Positions 38,157 through 48,468 of a DNA stretch of 64,000 nucleotides are shown one piece after another. This DNA comes from a candidate division FCPU426 bacterium (GTDB lineage Bacteria; Oederibacteriota; JAAXVQ01; JAUVAV01), in the NCBI GenBank assembly GCA_040756875.1, contig JBFLYH010000001.1, positions 1,341,367 to 1,405,366 of the forward strand, in the 5' to 3' direction. Under the pieces are notes generated by a model. That model had not been told where the DNA came from. It was given only the letters and a program-made list of their open reading frames with translations, and ran no database searches. The position numbers and the translations under genes are program-made. The first letter of the stretch is position 1. Each line of letters starts with the position of its first letter.

Positions 38157-39161
38157 CTAAAAAACGCCCGGAATCCGGCGGCTGCAGCGCGGACAGGCGT
38201 TCCCTTTCACCGCCATGCTGAGCGTATCGTAACCCCGGCGGTCCACCAGGGTCTCGCCGCACTGGGGGCAATACACCGAATCGTCTCTGGGGCCCAAATT
38301 GCCCAGGTAGACCCAGGTCAACTTGGTCTTGGCCAGTTCAGCCGCCTGTTCCAGCAACAAGGGCGGCGTAGGCGGCGCTTCCCATTGATACTGGGGATAG
38401 TAGCGCGTCAAATGCAGCGGTATCTCCGGGGACACCGAAGCCACCCAGGCCGCCAACTCGGCGATTTGGCCCAGGTCGTCGTTGCCGCCGGTCACGACCA
38501 GGTGCGTGATTTCCACGTGCGACCGGGCGGCGGCCATCCGGATCGTGGCCTGCACCGGCGCCAGGCTGGCGCCGCACATCCGCTCATAAAAATCCTCGCG
38601 GATGGATTTCAGATCGATGTTCCAGGCATCGACCAAAGGCAGCAATTCCGCGCACGGTTCCGGAGAAATGTAGCCGTTGGTCACCAGGACATTGAGCAAC
38701 CCCGCGGCGCGCACCGCCTGCGCGCAATCCCTGACGTACTCGAAGTTGATCAGCGGCTCGTTGTATGTATAGGCCACGCCGCAGGCCTCCTGCGCCAACG
38801 CCTCCCGCGCCACGGCGTCGGGCGCCATTTCAGTCCCGAAATTCCGTTGTTGGGAAATGGTCCAGTTCTGGCAAAACGAGCAGCGCAGGTTGCAGCCGTA
38901 GGATCCCACGGAGAGGATCGCAGCCCCGGGCTTAAAATGATACAACGGTTTCTTCTCGACGGGATCCAGCGCCAGGGAGGAAATGCGGCCGTAGGCTTCG
39001 GCCACCAGGCCGTGTTCCCGGGCGCGGCGGACGCCGCAGCGGCCTGTTTGGCCGCGGGCGATCAGGCAGCAGTGGGGGCAGAGTCCACAGCGCACTGAGC
39101 CGTTTTCCGGCTGCCAATGAGCCGCAGCGACCGGTCCCTGCGCTTTCCCGTCCGCAGGCAT
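38157..39161 (-). CDS. radical SAM enzyme, PFL-activase superfamily, AmmeMemoRadiSam (AmrS)-like
   Basis: N-terminal Cys cluster CGLCPHCC...C followed by CNLRCSFCQNW (CxxxCxxC). C-terminal Zn-ribbon-like CPQCGE...CPRCS. No adjacent AMMECR1 or Memo genes. Confidence 0.75.
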   Translation of the reverse strand: MPADGKAQGPVAAAHWQPENGSVRCGLCPHCCLIARGQTGRCGVRRAREHGLVAEAYGRISSLALDPVEKKPLYHFKPGAAILSVGSYGCNLRCSFCQNWTISQQRNFGTEMAPDAVAREALAQEACGVAYTYNEPLINFEYVRDCAQAVRAAGLLNVLVTNGYISPEPCAELLPLVDAWNIDLKSIREDFYERMCGASLAPVQATIRMAAARSHVEITHLVVTGGNDDLGQIAELAAWVASVSPEIPLHLTRYYPQYQWEAPPTPPLLLEQAAELAKTKLTWVYLGNLGPRDDSVYCPQCGETLVDRRGYDTLSMAVKGNACPRCSRRIPGVF

Positions 39162-39164
39162 GGG

Positions 39165-39638
39165 TTATTTCTTTTTAGCTTCTGTCTGGGAAGCTACGAT
39201 GTGCTTGACTTCCTCCAGAAACGCGTTGATATCCTTGAATTGGCGGTACACGGAGGCGAAGCGGACGTAGGCCACTTCATCGAGATCGGCGAGCTTGCGC
39301 ATCACCAGTTCCCCGATTTCGGTGCTGGAGATCTCCTTCTCCATGCGGTTTTGGATGACTTTTTCGATTTCATCCACCGACTGCTCGATGGTTTCGGTAG
39401 CCACGGGCCGCTTTTCGCAGGCTTTGCGCATGCCGGCCACGATTTTGAAGCGGTCGAACGGCTCCCGGCGGTTGTCTTTTTTCACCACCACGGGGAGGGT
39501 GTCCTCGACCTGTTCATAGGTGGTGAACCGTTTCCCGCACTGCAGGCATTCGCGGCGCCGGCGGATGGCCAGTCCGTTTTTGCTGGTTCGGGAATCCACC
39601 ACTTTGTCTTCCTGATAGCTGCAGAACGGGCATTTCAT
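39165..39638 (-). CDS. nrdR: transcriptional repressor NrdR
   Basis: [42 protein letters not shown] (Zn ribbon) plus an ATP-cone. Full-length match to NrdR. Confidence 0.9.
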   Translation of the reverse strand: MKCPFCSYQEDKVVDSRTSKNGLAIRRRRECLQCGKRFTTYEQVEDTLPVVVKKDNRREPFDRFKIVAGMRKACEKRPVATETIEQSVDEIEKVIQNRMEKEISSTEIGELVMRKLADLDEVAYVRFASVYRQFKDINAFLEEVKHIVASQTEAKKK

Positions 39639-41911
39639 CGGGAGGCACCCCTCTCTAGTCGTTCCAGCTTGCGCCGAAGTTCCTCGGCCCGCGGATAGTT
39701 CGGAGCCTGCTCTAGAATATACCGGTATTCCTTCGCCGCTTCAAGCCCCATTCCCTGCTGTTCCCTGATCAAGGCCTTATTGAGCCGCGCTTCGAGATAA
39801 TGCGGTTTGAGCTTCAGGGCTTCGTCAAAAGCCGTGACCGCGCCTTCCAGCTCGCTCCGGCGGGCCCGCACAATGCCAAGGTTGCTCCAGGTGCTCGCCT
39901 GGGTGTTGATGTCGCCCCGCCAATTGCGGAGCGTGGCGCCGGTAAAGTATTCGTAGGCCGCTTCCTGCTGGTTCCGCACCAGGGCCAGGTATCCTTTGTA
40001 GGAAAAGGGTATGGCGAAATCCGGAAACAACTCGATCAAGCGGTCCACCACGCGCTCGGCCTCGTCCCAGCGCTTCTGGGAAAGGTACACCGACGCCAGG
40101 TCCAGCGCAAAATAAACGTTGTACGGGTCCAGTTCCGCGGCCTGGCGGCAGGCGGTCTCGGCTTCAGACAGCTTGGACGGATCGATGAAATCCCCCCAAT
40201 ATTTGTAAACGCGTCCGACGTTGTTGTAATCGTAGCCGTTCAGCGGATTCATGGCAATGGTATGCTGATGGACTTCCACTGCGCGTTTGAGCAGCGGCAC
40301 TTTATCCTGGGCGCGTTTGGCCGCTTCCTCCAGGGCAATGCCGTACTTCACCCAATAGATTTCGCGCTGCGGAGCCAGGGACACGGCTTTGGCCATCTCG
40401 GCCACGGACGGTTCCGGATAACCCCGGGCCAGAAAAACCATGCCCCGCTTGAAATAGACGTCGCTGCTCCAGGCCCTCACGCCGAGCAAACCGAAAACCA
40501 AAAACAGGGCGCAGGCGCCCAGAAACAGCATCCAGCGCGGACCCGGGACCTCGGCCAGCGTAAAGCGTTCCTGAGGCCGTTTCCATTCCGGCGCCGCTTC
40601 GTCTGCGTTCCCCAGGGCCGGTCCCAGGGCCAGGAGGAACCAAAAGAGCGACCCATAGGCGACCACGGTGAAGCTGAACTGGTTCTGCACCAGGAATCCG
40701 ACCTGCGCCAAGCCCACGGCCAGGGTCCAGTGCCGGCGTTCAGGTTCCAGCCGAAAAAGATTTTTTCCCAACACTGTGAAATAGACGACCAAGAGCCATA
40801 CCCAGGCGCCCAAGCCCAGCAGGCCGGTGGTGGCGCCGATTTGCAGGAAAAAATTGTGGGCTTTCTCTGGCGTGCCGTTCCACTCCAGCCGCCAGTATTC
40901 GGCCAGCCGGTATTTGGGGAACGTGATCTGGAAGGTGTCCAGGCCGCTGCCCAACAGGGGTTTGTCGCGGATCATCTGCAGCGCGCTGCGCCAGATGTAC
41001 AAGCGGGGCGTCATTTGCGCGTGTTTGAGGTCGAGGGTCGCCAGCGTGCGGTCCAACGTTACAGCCAGGTTGCTGCGCACGTTGGGCAACGCCAGGCTCA
41101 GCCCCCCCAGGGCCACCAACAGGATCAGCCAGCGCTTGTTGCGCTGCCACAGGCTGCCCGGCCGCGCGGCGTCCCAGATCAGATAAACTCCCAGCAGAAC
41201 TCCTTCGGCCACCAGGGCATAGACCGCGCCCCGGCTTTTGGTGAACATCATGGCCAGCAGCATGACAAACACTGCCAGGATCATCGCCAACTTGATCGAG
41301 GGCCGTTCCGAGAGTAGGAACCAGATGAACGCCAGGGGCAAGGTCATCAACAGATAGGCCGCCAGGAAATTGGGATTGCCGAGCGTGCCGAACAGGCGGG
41401 TGACCGAATATGTGGCCGGGTTCCATTGGATGAAATCGATCCCGAAATTTTGGGCCACGCCGTAGCCGCCGGCCAGCAGGCCGGCCACGACGATGACAGC
41501 CAGGTATTTGCGGATCTCGGAGAAGCGGCGCAGCAGGCGGAGCGCCAGGAGCCACAGGAGCAGGTAATTAAAAATGGTTAATATGCCCTCGAAATCCTCG
41601 TAAACCCCGAAAATGCTGGTCAGCCGGTTGTTCGTCACCAGCGTAGAGAGCAACGACGACAGGCCTACCAGGGCCAGCGGCAGCCACAATTTCGAGGCAG
41701 GCAGACGCCACTCGCCGAGCAGCAGGATCTCGCCCGCCCAGCCCAGCAAGGCCAGCAGGGTGAACAGACGCATGACTGTTAATTTGTTGAGTTCGAATAC
41801 ATCGTGGGCAAAGGTGAAAAAAACCAGGGGAACCAGCAACAGCAAGGCCATGACCGCCAAGTGCTGGCTTTGGCGCAACCATTGCCCCCATTCCTCACGG
41901 GTCATTGTCAA
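39635..41911 (-). CDS. O-antigen ligase/polymerase-like (Wzy_C-type) polytopic membrane protein with C-terminal TPR repeats
   Basis: Ten-plus TM helices with a large periplasmic loop. C-terminal ~300 aa of TPR-like repeats (AxxYxxxG periodicity). ATGA overlap with nrdR. Confidence 0.65.
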   Translation of the reverse strand: MTMTREEWGQWLRQSQHLAVMALLLLVPLVFFTFAHDVFELNKLTVMRLFTLLALLGWAGEILLLGEWRLPASKLWLPLALVGLSSLLSTLVTNNRLTSIFGVYEDFEGILTIFNYLLLWLLALRLLRRFSEIRKYLAVIVVAGLLAGGYGVAQNFGIDFIQWNPATYSVTRLFGTLGNPNFLAAYLLMTLPLAFIWFLLSERPSIKLAMILAVFVMLLAMMFTKSRGAVYALVAEGVLLGVYLIWDAARPGSLWQRNKRWLILLVALGGLSLALPNVRSNLAVTLDRTLATLDLKHAQMTPRLYIWRSALQMIRDKPLLGSGLDTFQITFPKYRLAEYWRLEWNGTPEKAHNFFLQIGATTGLLGLGAWVWLLVVYFTVLGKNLFRLEPERRHWTLAVGLAQVGFLVQNQFSFTVVAYGSLFWFLLALGPALGNADEAAPEWKRPQERFTLAEVPGPRWMLFLGACALFLVFGLLGVRAWSSDVYFKRGMVFLARGYPEPSVAEMAKAVSLAPQREIYWVKYGIALEEAAKRAQDKVPLLKRAVEVHQHTIAMNPLNGYDYNNVGRVYKYWGDFIDPSKLSEAETACRQAAELDPYNVYFALDLASVYLSQKRWDEAERVVDRLIELFPDFAIPFSYKGYLALVRNQQEAAYEYFTGATLRNWRGDINTQASTWSNLGIVRARRSELEGAVTAFDEALKLKPHYLEARLNKALIREQQGMGLEAAKEYRYILEQAPNYPRAEELRRKLERLERGASR

Positions 41912-41980
41912 CCAAGCTCCTTGTCGTGGGTAAAGGATGCATTCCTTCCCGGCCGCTGCGGCCGGAAAGAAAGTACTCTA

Positions 41981-43186
41981 TCAAATTCCATGTCCGACGG
42001 ATATATTTTTCATGCGCGGCGGCCGGAACGGCGGCGGCGGCTGTTTGCGCCAGCCGCCGATCCACTCAATGGCTGCCACGATCCGCTCGGCCGCGCGGCC
42101 GTCCCCAAACGGGCAGGCGGTCGTCCGGCGCCTGGACGCCAAGGGCCGCCGCAACTCCGCGGCCGCGGCCTTGACGATGGCTTCCCGGTCCAGGGGCAGC
42201 AGCCGGGCCCCGGCCTGCAGGGCTTCGGGGCGTTCGGTCACGCGCCGCACCACGAGGGCCGGCACGCCAAAAACCGGCGCCTCCTCCTGAATGCCTCCGG
42301 AATCGGTCAGGACCAGCCTGGCCTGGGCCAGCAGGCGGATGAAATCCGCGTACGGCTGGGGCGGAACCAGTTTCAAATTGGCCGGCGGCCGCCGCAGCAC
42401 GGCGCGGACGGTCCGGCGCACGTTGGGATTGCGGTGGACCGGAAACACGAATTCCTGCCGGGGATGCAGGCGGGCCAGTTCCAGGACAGCCCGGCAAATT
42501 TCAGCCAACGGCCGGCCGAAGTTTTCGCGGCGGTGCGCGGTCACGACTACCAATTCGCGGGCCGCCCATCTTTCCCGTCCCTGGACCGAATGCAGGGCAT
42601 CCACCACCGGATTTCCGGTAACGAACACGCGGCTGGACGGCACCCCCTCGGAGGCCAGGTTTTTCGCCGCCCACGGCGTGGCGGCAAAATGCCAGGTCGC
42701 CAGCAACGAAACCATGCGGCGGTTGGCTTCCTCGGGAAAGGGATTGTCCATCCGGTAGGTGCGCAAACCGGCTTCCACGTGGCCTACGGCCACGCCTTGG
42801 TAAAAAGCGGCCAGCGCGCCGGCCAGGGTCGAACTGGTGTCACCCTGCACGAGCACCAGGTCCGGCTTGGTTGCAGCCAGCGCCCGTCCGCAGCCGGCCA
42901 AAGCCGCGGCGGTCAGCGTTGGAAGCGATTGCTCGGCGCGCATGAGATCAAGGTCGATTTGCGGACGGATGCCCATCAACCGCAGCACCTGGTCCAGCAT
43001 CTCGCGGTGCTGGGCGGTCACCGCCACCACGGTGTCGAAGCGCCGCGGATCAGCCTGCAGGCGCCGGATGACCGGAGCCAGTTTGATGGCTTCAGGCCGG
43101 GTGCCGAAGATGGAAAGCACTTTAAACCGTTTGCGTTTCACTTCCCCGCCTTGTGTTGTTTGCGGACGCTGGCTGTGTACCTTCAT
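41981..43186 (-). CDS. wecB: UDP-N-acetylglucosamine 2-epimerase (non-hydrolysing)
   Basis: KVLSIFGTRPEAIKLAPV...VAVTAQHREMLDQVL...DLVLVQGDTSSTLAGALAAFYQGVAVGHVEAGLRT...PFPEEANRR. The true start is probably internal near KRKRFKVLSI. Confidence 0.85.
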   Translation of the reverse strand: MKVHSQRPQTTQGGEVKRKRFKVLSIFGTRPEAIKLAPVIRRLQADPRRFDTVVAVTAQHREMLDQVLRLMGIRPQIDLDLMRAEQSLPTLTAAALAGCGRALAATKPDLVLVQGDTSSTLAGALAAFYQGVAVGHVEAGLRTYRMDNPFPEEANRRMVSLLATWHFAATPWAAKNLASEGVPSSRVFVTGNPVVDALHSVQGRERWAARELVVVTAHRRENFGRPLAEICRAVLELARLHPRQEFVFPVHRNPNVRRTVRAVLRRPPANLKLVPPQPYADFIRLLAQARLVLTDSGGIQEEAPVFGVPALVVRRVTERPEALQAGARLLPLDREAIVKAAAAELRRPLASRRRTTACPFGDGRAAERIVAAIEWIGGWRKQPPPPFRPPRMKNISVGHGI

Positions 43187-43195
43187 CCCCTGCGC

Positions 43196-44206
43196 CTACG
43201 CCCACCAAATGATCAGCAGGCCGGCCAAGCCGAGCAGCAGGGAGAACGTAAAAATTAATGCCACCGCCGCGCCGGGCGAAAAATCCTGGGCGAGCAGATA
43301 GTGGTGCCCGTGCCGGTTGTCGGCCTTGGAAACCGGCAGGCCCCGTCGCCAGCGCCGGATGGTGACCTGGGTGGCGTCAGCCAGGGGCCAGGCCAGGGCC
43401 AGGGCCACGAACCACGGCGCAGCCGGAGACAGTCCCGGCCGCAGCAGCAGCAAAGCGGCTATGCCGAGCCCCAGGCCCAGGAGGGCGGAGCCGGCTTCGC
43501 CCAGGAAGATTTTCGCGGGATGCCGGTTGAAGCGCCAGAAACCCAGGGCAGCTCCGGCAACGGCAGCGGCCAGCACTCCGGCCAAGACGTACTGATAAAC
43601 CGCGGCCAGGTCCGTGGCGCGCGTCGCCAGGCGCCAGGCGCCCAGACACAACCAGATTCCGCCCAGAAAAGCCTGGCTGCTCGCCAGTCCGTCCAGCCCG
43701 TCGATGAAATTGAAGGCATTGGTGACGACCAGGAGCCAAAACCAGGCGAGCAGGAACCCCAGCCACGGCCATATTGCCATGATGCCGAACGGCCACACCC
43801 AGCAGGTTTGCAGATGGAACCCGGCGGCCAGCACCAGGGCGGTCGATAGCAATTGCGCCAGGAGTTTCACTTTGGGCGGGAGCGGACGCCGGTCATCCCA
43901 TAATCCGGCCAGTGTCATCACGACGGCTGCAGCCAGCAGCCACCACAGGCCCCGGCCCAGCCAGGCTTGGCGGTAGGCGGCTAAAGCCCGGCCCACGGGC
44001 GTCCACACCGTGGCGACTGTCACGCCGAGCGCCAGCCCCGCGGCCACGGCCGCCCCGCCCCACAAGGGCGTCAGACGGCGGTGGCGTTTGCGCTGGCGGT
44101 CAGGCCGGTCCAGCACCTGTAGGCGCTCAGCCAAACGGCGCGCTGGCGGGGTAAGCAAAAAAGTCACTGCCGCGGCAGCAGCCAGAGCCACCAAACTGGT
44201 CAGCAT
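43196..44206 (-). CDS. glycosyltransferase family 4 (MraY/WecA-like) undecaprenyl-phosphate sugar-1-phosphate transferase
   Basis: Polytopic. Motif NAFNFIDGLDGLASS and the downstream conserved basic-loop pattern of WecA/WbpL. Confidence 0.8.
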   Translation of the reverse strand: MLTSLVALAAAAAVTFLLTPPARRLAERLQVLDRPDRQRKRHRRLTPLWGGAAVAAGLALGVTVATVWTPVGRALAAYRQAWLGRGLWWLLAAAVVMTLAGLWDDRRPLPPKVKLLAQLLSTALVLAAGFHLQTCWVWPFGIMAIWPWLGFLLAWFWLLVVTNAFNFIDGLDGLASSQAFLGGIWLCLGAWRLATRATDLAAVYQYVLAGVLAAAVAGAALGFWRFNRHPAKIFLGEAGSALLGLGLGIAALLLLRPGLSPAAPWFVALALAWPLADATQVTIRRWRRGLPVSKADNRHGHHYLLAQDFSPGAAVALIFTFSLLLGLAGLLIIWWA

Positions 44207-44246
44207 GTCGCTCCCGGGGAGGCCTCCACGAACCGGCCTGTTTGGT

Positions 44247-44693
44247 TCAGACTGCGGACTTCTCGAAACGGACCAGCTCGATTCCCGCTTCCTTCAGCAT
44301 AGCCAGCGACAACTCGTCGGGATAATTTCCCTCGTACTTGATTACGCGGATGCCTGCGTTGATGAGCATCTTGGAACAGATGACGCAGGGCTGGGTGGTG
44401 CAGTAGAGCGTTGCCCCCTCGATGGAAATCCCGTGCACAGCGGCCTGGATGATGGCATTTTGCTCTCCGTGCAGGCCGCGGCAGATTTCATGCCGTTCGC
44501 CGGAGGGAATGTTGAGCTGCGTCCGCAGGCATCCGGTTTCCGTGCAATGCCGCAAACCCCGGGGCGGGCCGTTGTAACCCGTGGCAATGATGCGCTTGTC
44601 CTTCACCAAAACCGCCCCCACGGCGCGGCGCAGGCAGGTGGCCCGCTTGGCCACCAGGTGGGCGATTTGCATGAAATAATCGTCCCAGGACAT
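44247..44693 (-). CDS. dCMP deaminase (ComEB-like, CDA-fold zinc enzyme)
   Basis: HGEQNAI (HxE) and [16 protein letters not shown] (PCxxC) zinc ligands. Start set at [17 protein letters not shown]. The longer track ORF would overlap glyA. Confidence 0.75.
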   Translation of the reverse strand: MSWDDYFMQIAHLVAKRATCLRRAVGAVLVKDKRIIATGYNGPPRGLRHCTETGCLRTQLNIPSGERHEICRGLHGEQNAIIQAAVHGISIEGATLYCTTQPCVICSKMLINAGIRVIKYEGNYPDELSLAMLKEAGIELVRFEKSAV

Positions 44694-44728
44694 GCGCGGT
44701 TCAGCCGCGTGTCCGGCGGGGTTGTGCG

Positions 44729-45979
44729 TCATGCCGCCGCTCCCACGGGAAACCGCCGGCACAACTCGCGGACTTCCTCCCGGATCTTGGCGGGCTCGGT
44801 CGTGCCGCGCAAGGTGCGGGTGATCAGGTCGGCGACCTGGGCCATTTCAGGTTCCCGCAGGCCCTGAGTGGTCAACGCCGGCGCGCCCAGGCGCAAGCCC
44901 GAGGTCACGCGGGGTCCGCGGGGGTCGTTGGGGATGCCGTTCTTGTTCGCGATGATCCCGGCCTCTTCCAGGCGGGCCGCGGCCTCGGCGCCGGTCAGGT
45001 GCTCACGTCGCAGGTCGATGAGCACCAGATGGTTGTCGGTGCCACCGGTGAGCAATTCGAACTCTTGGGCCAGCAGCGCGGCGGCCAGGGCCTTGGCGTT
45101 GGCCACCACCTGGCGGGCATAGTCCCGGAACGCGGGCTGCATGGCTTCATGGAAACAGACGGCCTTGGCTGCAATGACATGCACCAGCGGACCGCCCTGG
45201 ATGCCGGGAAAGATCGCCGCGTCCACGGCCTTGGCATGAACATCCCGGCAGAGGATGAACCCGCCCCGGGGGCCGCGCAGAGTCTTGTGCGTGGTGGAGG
45301 TGATGATATCGGCGTACGGCACAGGGCTGGGATGGGCGCCACCGGCCACCAAGCCGGCGATGTGGGCGATGTCCACCATGAGAAAAGCTCCCACGCTGTC
45401 GCAGATCGCCCGGAAGGCGGCGAAATCGATTTGGCGCGGATACGCCGAGGCGCCGGCGATGATCAGGCGCGGCCTGAGGGTCTTGGCCTGGTCCGCCAAA
45501 TAGTCGTAATCGATCAGGTGCGTGGCGGCGTGGACCTTGTAGGAATATGCCTGAAACAGCTTGCCCGAAAAATTAAAGGCCGCGCCGTGGGTCAGATGCC
45601 CGCCGTCGGCCAGGTCCATGCCCAAAATGCGGTCGCCGGGCTTGAGCAGCGCCAGGTAGGCAGCCATGTTGGCCGTGCTGCCGGAATGCGGCTGAACGTT
45701 GGCGTGTTCGGCCCCGAACAGATTCCGGGCGCGGTCAATAGCCAACTGCTCCACCGCGTCCGAAGGCCCGCACCCCTGGTAGTACCGGGCTTGCGGGTAA
45801 CCCTCGGCGTATTTGTTGGTGAAGACGCTGCCTTGGGCCTCCAATACCGCGGGCGTGCAAAAATTCTCCGAAGCGATCATCTGCAGCTTGCTGGTTTCGC
45901 GCTCGATCTCCGCGGCCAGGGCCGCCGCCACTTCGGGATCCGATTGGGCCAGGGGATGCACGGACTGCTCCTTTGTCAC
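44729..45979 (-). CDS. glyA: serine hydroxymethyltransferase
   Basis: IASENF...[14 protein letters not shown]...[15 protein letters not shown] (PLP-Lys motif). Full length. Confidence 0.9.
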   Translation of the reverse strand: MTKEQSVHPLAQSDPEVAAALAAEIERETSKLQMIASENFCTPAVLEAQGSVFTNKYAEGYPQARYYQGCGPSDAVEQLAIDRARNLFGAEHANVQPHSGSTANMAAYLALLKPGDRILGMDLADGGHLTHGAAFNFSGKLFQAYSYKVHAATHLIDYDYLADQAKTLRPRLIIAGASAYPRQIDFAAFRAICDSVGAFLMVDIAHIAGLVAGGAHPSPVPYADIITSTTHKTLRGPRGGFILCRDVHAKAVDAAIFPGIQGGPLVHVIAAKAVCFHEAMQPAFRDYARQVVANAKALAAALLAQEFELLTGGTDNHLVLIDLRREHLTGAEAAARLEEAGIIANKNGIPNDPRGPRVTSGLRLGAPALTTQGLREPEMAQVADLITRTLRGTTEPAKIREEVRELCRRFPVGAAA

Positions 45980-46443
45980 GCCGGTTCCTTGACCGAGCGC
46001 AGGTATTTTTTCTCCACGTCGGAAATTTTGTCCAGACGGCGCTGGTGCCGTTCCCCGGCGAACCGGGCGTGCAGCCAGGCGCGGATCATGTCCATGCTCA
46101 TTTCCTTGCCGAAAACCCGGCCGGGCAGCACCAGGATGTTCGCGTTGTTGTGTTCTCGGGCATACTGCGCCGAATAAGTGTTATAGGCCAGAGCGGCGCG
46201 AATACCCGGCACCTTGTTGGCGGTGATGCTCATGCCGATGCCCGTTCCGCAGATGAGGATCCCCAGAGTGTCCGCGTCCCGCGCCACCTGCTCCGCCACC
46301 TTGAGTCCGATGTCGGGATAATCGCAGGATTCCTCGGTCGAGGTCCCGAAATCCTCCACGGCCTGGCCGGCGGCGGTCAACTCCCTGATCAACCGCTGCT
46401 TGAGCTCGTAGCCGGCATGGTCGCTGCCGATAATCAATTTCAT
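45976..46443 (-). CDS. rpiB: ribose-5-phosphate isomerase B
   Basis: [15 protein letters not shown]...[25 protein letters not shown]. Canonical RpiB/LacAB. 4-nt overlap with glyA. Confidence 0.9.
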   Translation of the reverse strand: MKLIIGSDHAGYELKQRLIRELTAAGQAVEDFGTSTEESCDYPDIGLKVAEQVARDADTLGILICGTGIGMSITANKVPGIRAALAYNTYSAQYAREHNNANILVLPGRVFGKEMSMDMIRAWLHARFAGERHQRRLDKISDVEKKYLRSVKEPA

Positions 46444-46943
46444 TGCTTGCCCTCCCTTTCCCCGGGTTCGCCGGGCATGTCGATTTTTTCCAATATGGCC
46501 GGGCGGGCTTCGCCCAGCAAAACGCGAAGCTGGGCCGCCACGCGCCGATAAACCGCCAATGGCTGTCCAATCGGGTCCGGAATGTCGGGGCCGGCCTGGC
46601 CGCGCGCCAACTCCCCGAGCGTCACTACTTTGGCAGCCTGGGATGGAAACCGGTGTTTAAGCCAGAGGGAGTGTTCACGCGTCATGGCCACCACCAACGC
46701 CGACTCCTCAAGCAATTCGGCCGTCACGCGCCGCGACCGGTGTTGCGCCAAATCCGCGCCCAGTTCCCCGGCTGCGGCGACGGCCTCCGGTGTGGCCGGG
46801 AACCCCTCGGGAGCGATCGTGCCGGCCGAAGACACCGCCACATGGGGATGGGACTCCAGCAAGCCCCGCAGCAATCCTTCGGCCATGGGACTGCGGCAGG
46901 AATTGCCGCTGCAGACTACGAGAATCCGCTTCAAAGCCGCCAC
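46440..46943 (-). CDS. low-molecular-weight protein-tyrosine phosphatase (or ArsC-like)
   Basis: P-loop VVCSGNSCRSPMAEG (CX5R) and a downstream DP motif. Confidence 0.8.
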   Translation of the reverse strand: MAALKRILVVCSGNSCRSPMAEGLLRGLLESHPHVAVSSAGTIAPEGFPATPEAVAAAGELGADLAQHRSRRVTAELLEESALVVAMTREHSLWLKHRFPSQAAKVVTLGELARGQAGPDIPDPIGQPLAVYRRVAAQLRVLLGEARPAILEKIDMPGEPGEREGKQ

Positions 46944-46946
46944 GCC

Positions 46947-48467
46947 TCACAACTTGAGGGATTTTACGCGGAAGACCGACACCTTGTCCCGTTTGCCCTT
47001 GACCGCCAGCGGCGTCAGCCGTTCGGCGACGACCTTGGCGTTCACCTGCAGGTAGGTTTCCTCGGAAATTAAAATGCTGCCGCCTTCGGCCACGGATTCC
47101 AAACGGGCCGCCAAATTCACCGAATCGCCGATGACCGTATAATCCATCTTCTGCGACGAACCCATGTTGCCCGAAACCACGTCGCCGGTGTTGATGCCGA
47201 TCCCGATGGTCACGGTCTTTTCCCCGGCCGCCCGGCGGCGCTGGTTCATTTCGTCCACGGCGATCTGAATTTCCAGGGCGCTGCGCACGGCCCGCAAGGC
47301 ATCATCTTCCTTGGCCAGCGGAATGCCGTACACGGCCATGACGCAATCGCCGACGAATTTGTCCAGCATGCCGCCGTTGCGAAGGATGATCTCGGTCTGC
47401 ACCGAGAGGTAACTGTTGATGATGGAAACGACCTCTTCAGGCTGCATGGTTTCGGACATGGCGGTAAAGCCGCGGATATCGGAAAACAGGATGGTGGCCC
47501 GCTTGCGGGCTCCGCCCAAAGCCATGCTGCCCGGATTTTTCAGGACCTCCTCCATCACCTGGCTCGACACATACGTGGAGAACGCGCCCTTGATCAGTTC
47601 CTTCTCACGCAGCGAACTGGCCATTTCGTTGAAGGCCGCGGTCAGCTCGCCCAGTTCATCCTTGCGGTTTACGCGCAGTTTCTGGTTGAGGTCTCCGGAG
47701 GCAATGGCCAGCACGCCGCCCACCAGGCGTTTGATGGGTTGCGTCAGGTATTGAGCCATCACAATGGCGCCGATCGCGCCCAGCAACAGCACCACGGCCG
47801 TGGCGATCAGCAGCTTGGCCGCCGCCTGTTTGACCGTCATGGCCACCAGCGATTCGGACATCGCCAGGTGCACCACGCCGATTTTTTTCCGGCCTTCGGT
47901 CAAGTCCGGCCGCGCCACGAATACCGGCACCGCGATGTCGATCCGGTGGTCTTTTTCGCCTATGGTGTAGGGCTGGACCTGGATCATTTCCCCCGAATAT
48001 TTCGTGATCTCCTTGGACGGAGGGTCGTATTTCTCTCCAGTTTTTTGGATATCGTTGTGGGCCACGATCTTGTCGTCGATGTCCACCATGGTGATCTCCA
48101 CCACGCCGGCGTTTCCGGTGATGTTGCCTGGCATACCCTGTTCTTCGCCGGTGATGTCGTCCCACAAAGACTGCAGCACGTTTCCCCAGGTAATGGAGGT
48201 CAGGGAATTCGAACCGGCTGCCGGCATGGTCTCATGGATGAGCGTGGCGCAGACCAAATCGTTCAGCACCGCCTCCCCGGCGGACGAGGCCAGGCTGCGG
48301 GCGATGGTCACACCGCGCTTGACCACCTCGGCCCGCAGGGAACGTTCCTGTTGGCGGTACGTCAGCCAGGTGGTCAGGGCCATGACCGACCCGATGGTCA
48401 GGATCATCAGGAAAGTGATCTGCACCATCAGGGGAATGCGGCCTTTGGCCTTCACGACTGGGCCCAT
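46947..48467 (-). CDS. class III adenylate/guanylate cyclase with periplasmic sensor domain and HAMP
   Basis: TM1 - about 170-aa periplasmic domain - TM2 - HAMP (ASGDLNQKLRVNRKDELGELTAAFNEM). CYCc core ATILFSDIRGFTAMSE...FVGDCVMAVYG...GINTGDVVSGNMGS. Confidence 0.8.
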   Translation of the reverse strand: MGPVVKAKGRIPLMVQITFLMILTIGSVMALTTWLTYRQQERSLRAEVVKRGVTIARSLASSAGEAVLNDLVCATLIHETMPAAGSNSLTSITWGNVLQSLWDDITGEEQGMPGNITGNAGVVEITMVDIDDKIVAHNDIQKTGEKYDPPSKEITKYSGEMIQVQPYTIGEKDHRIDIAVPVFVARPDLTEGRKKIGVVHLAMSESLVAMTVKQAAAKLLIATAVVLLLGAIGAIVMAQYLTQPIKRLVGGVLAIASGDLNQKLRVNRKDELGELTAAFNEMASSLREKELIKGAFSTYVSSQVMEEVLKNPGSMALGGARKRATILFSDIRGFTAMSETMQPEEVVSIINSYLSVQTEIILRNGGMLDKFVGDCVMAVYGIPLAKEDDALRAVRSALEIQIAVDEMNQRRRAAGEKTVTIGIGINTGDVVSGNMGSSQKMDYTVIGDSVNLAARLESVAEGGSILISEETYLQVNAKVVAERLTPLAVKGKRDKVSVFRVKSLKL

Positions 48468-48468
48468 G

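Noticed and set aside
38146-38271. Long 5' extension of the 37702 ORF overlapping the radical SAM gene by 115 nt
   Set aside because: Such a long overlap is unlikely. An in-frame TTG with a GAGGAGG RBS directly after the radical SAM stop gives a non-overlapping start.
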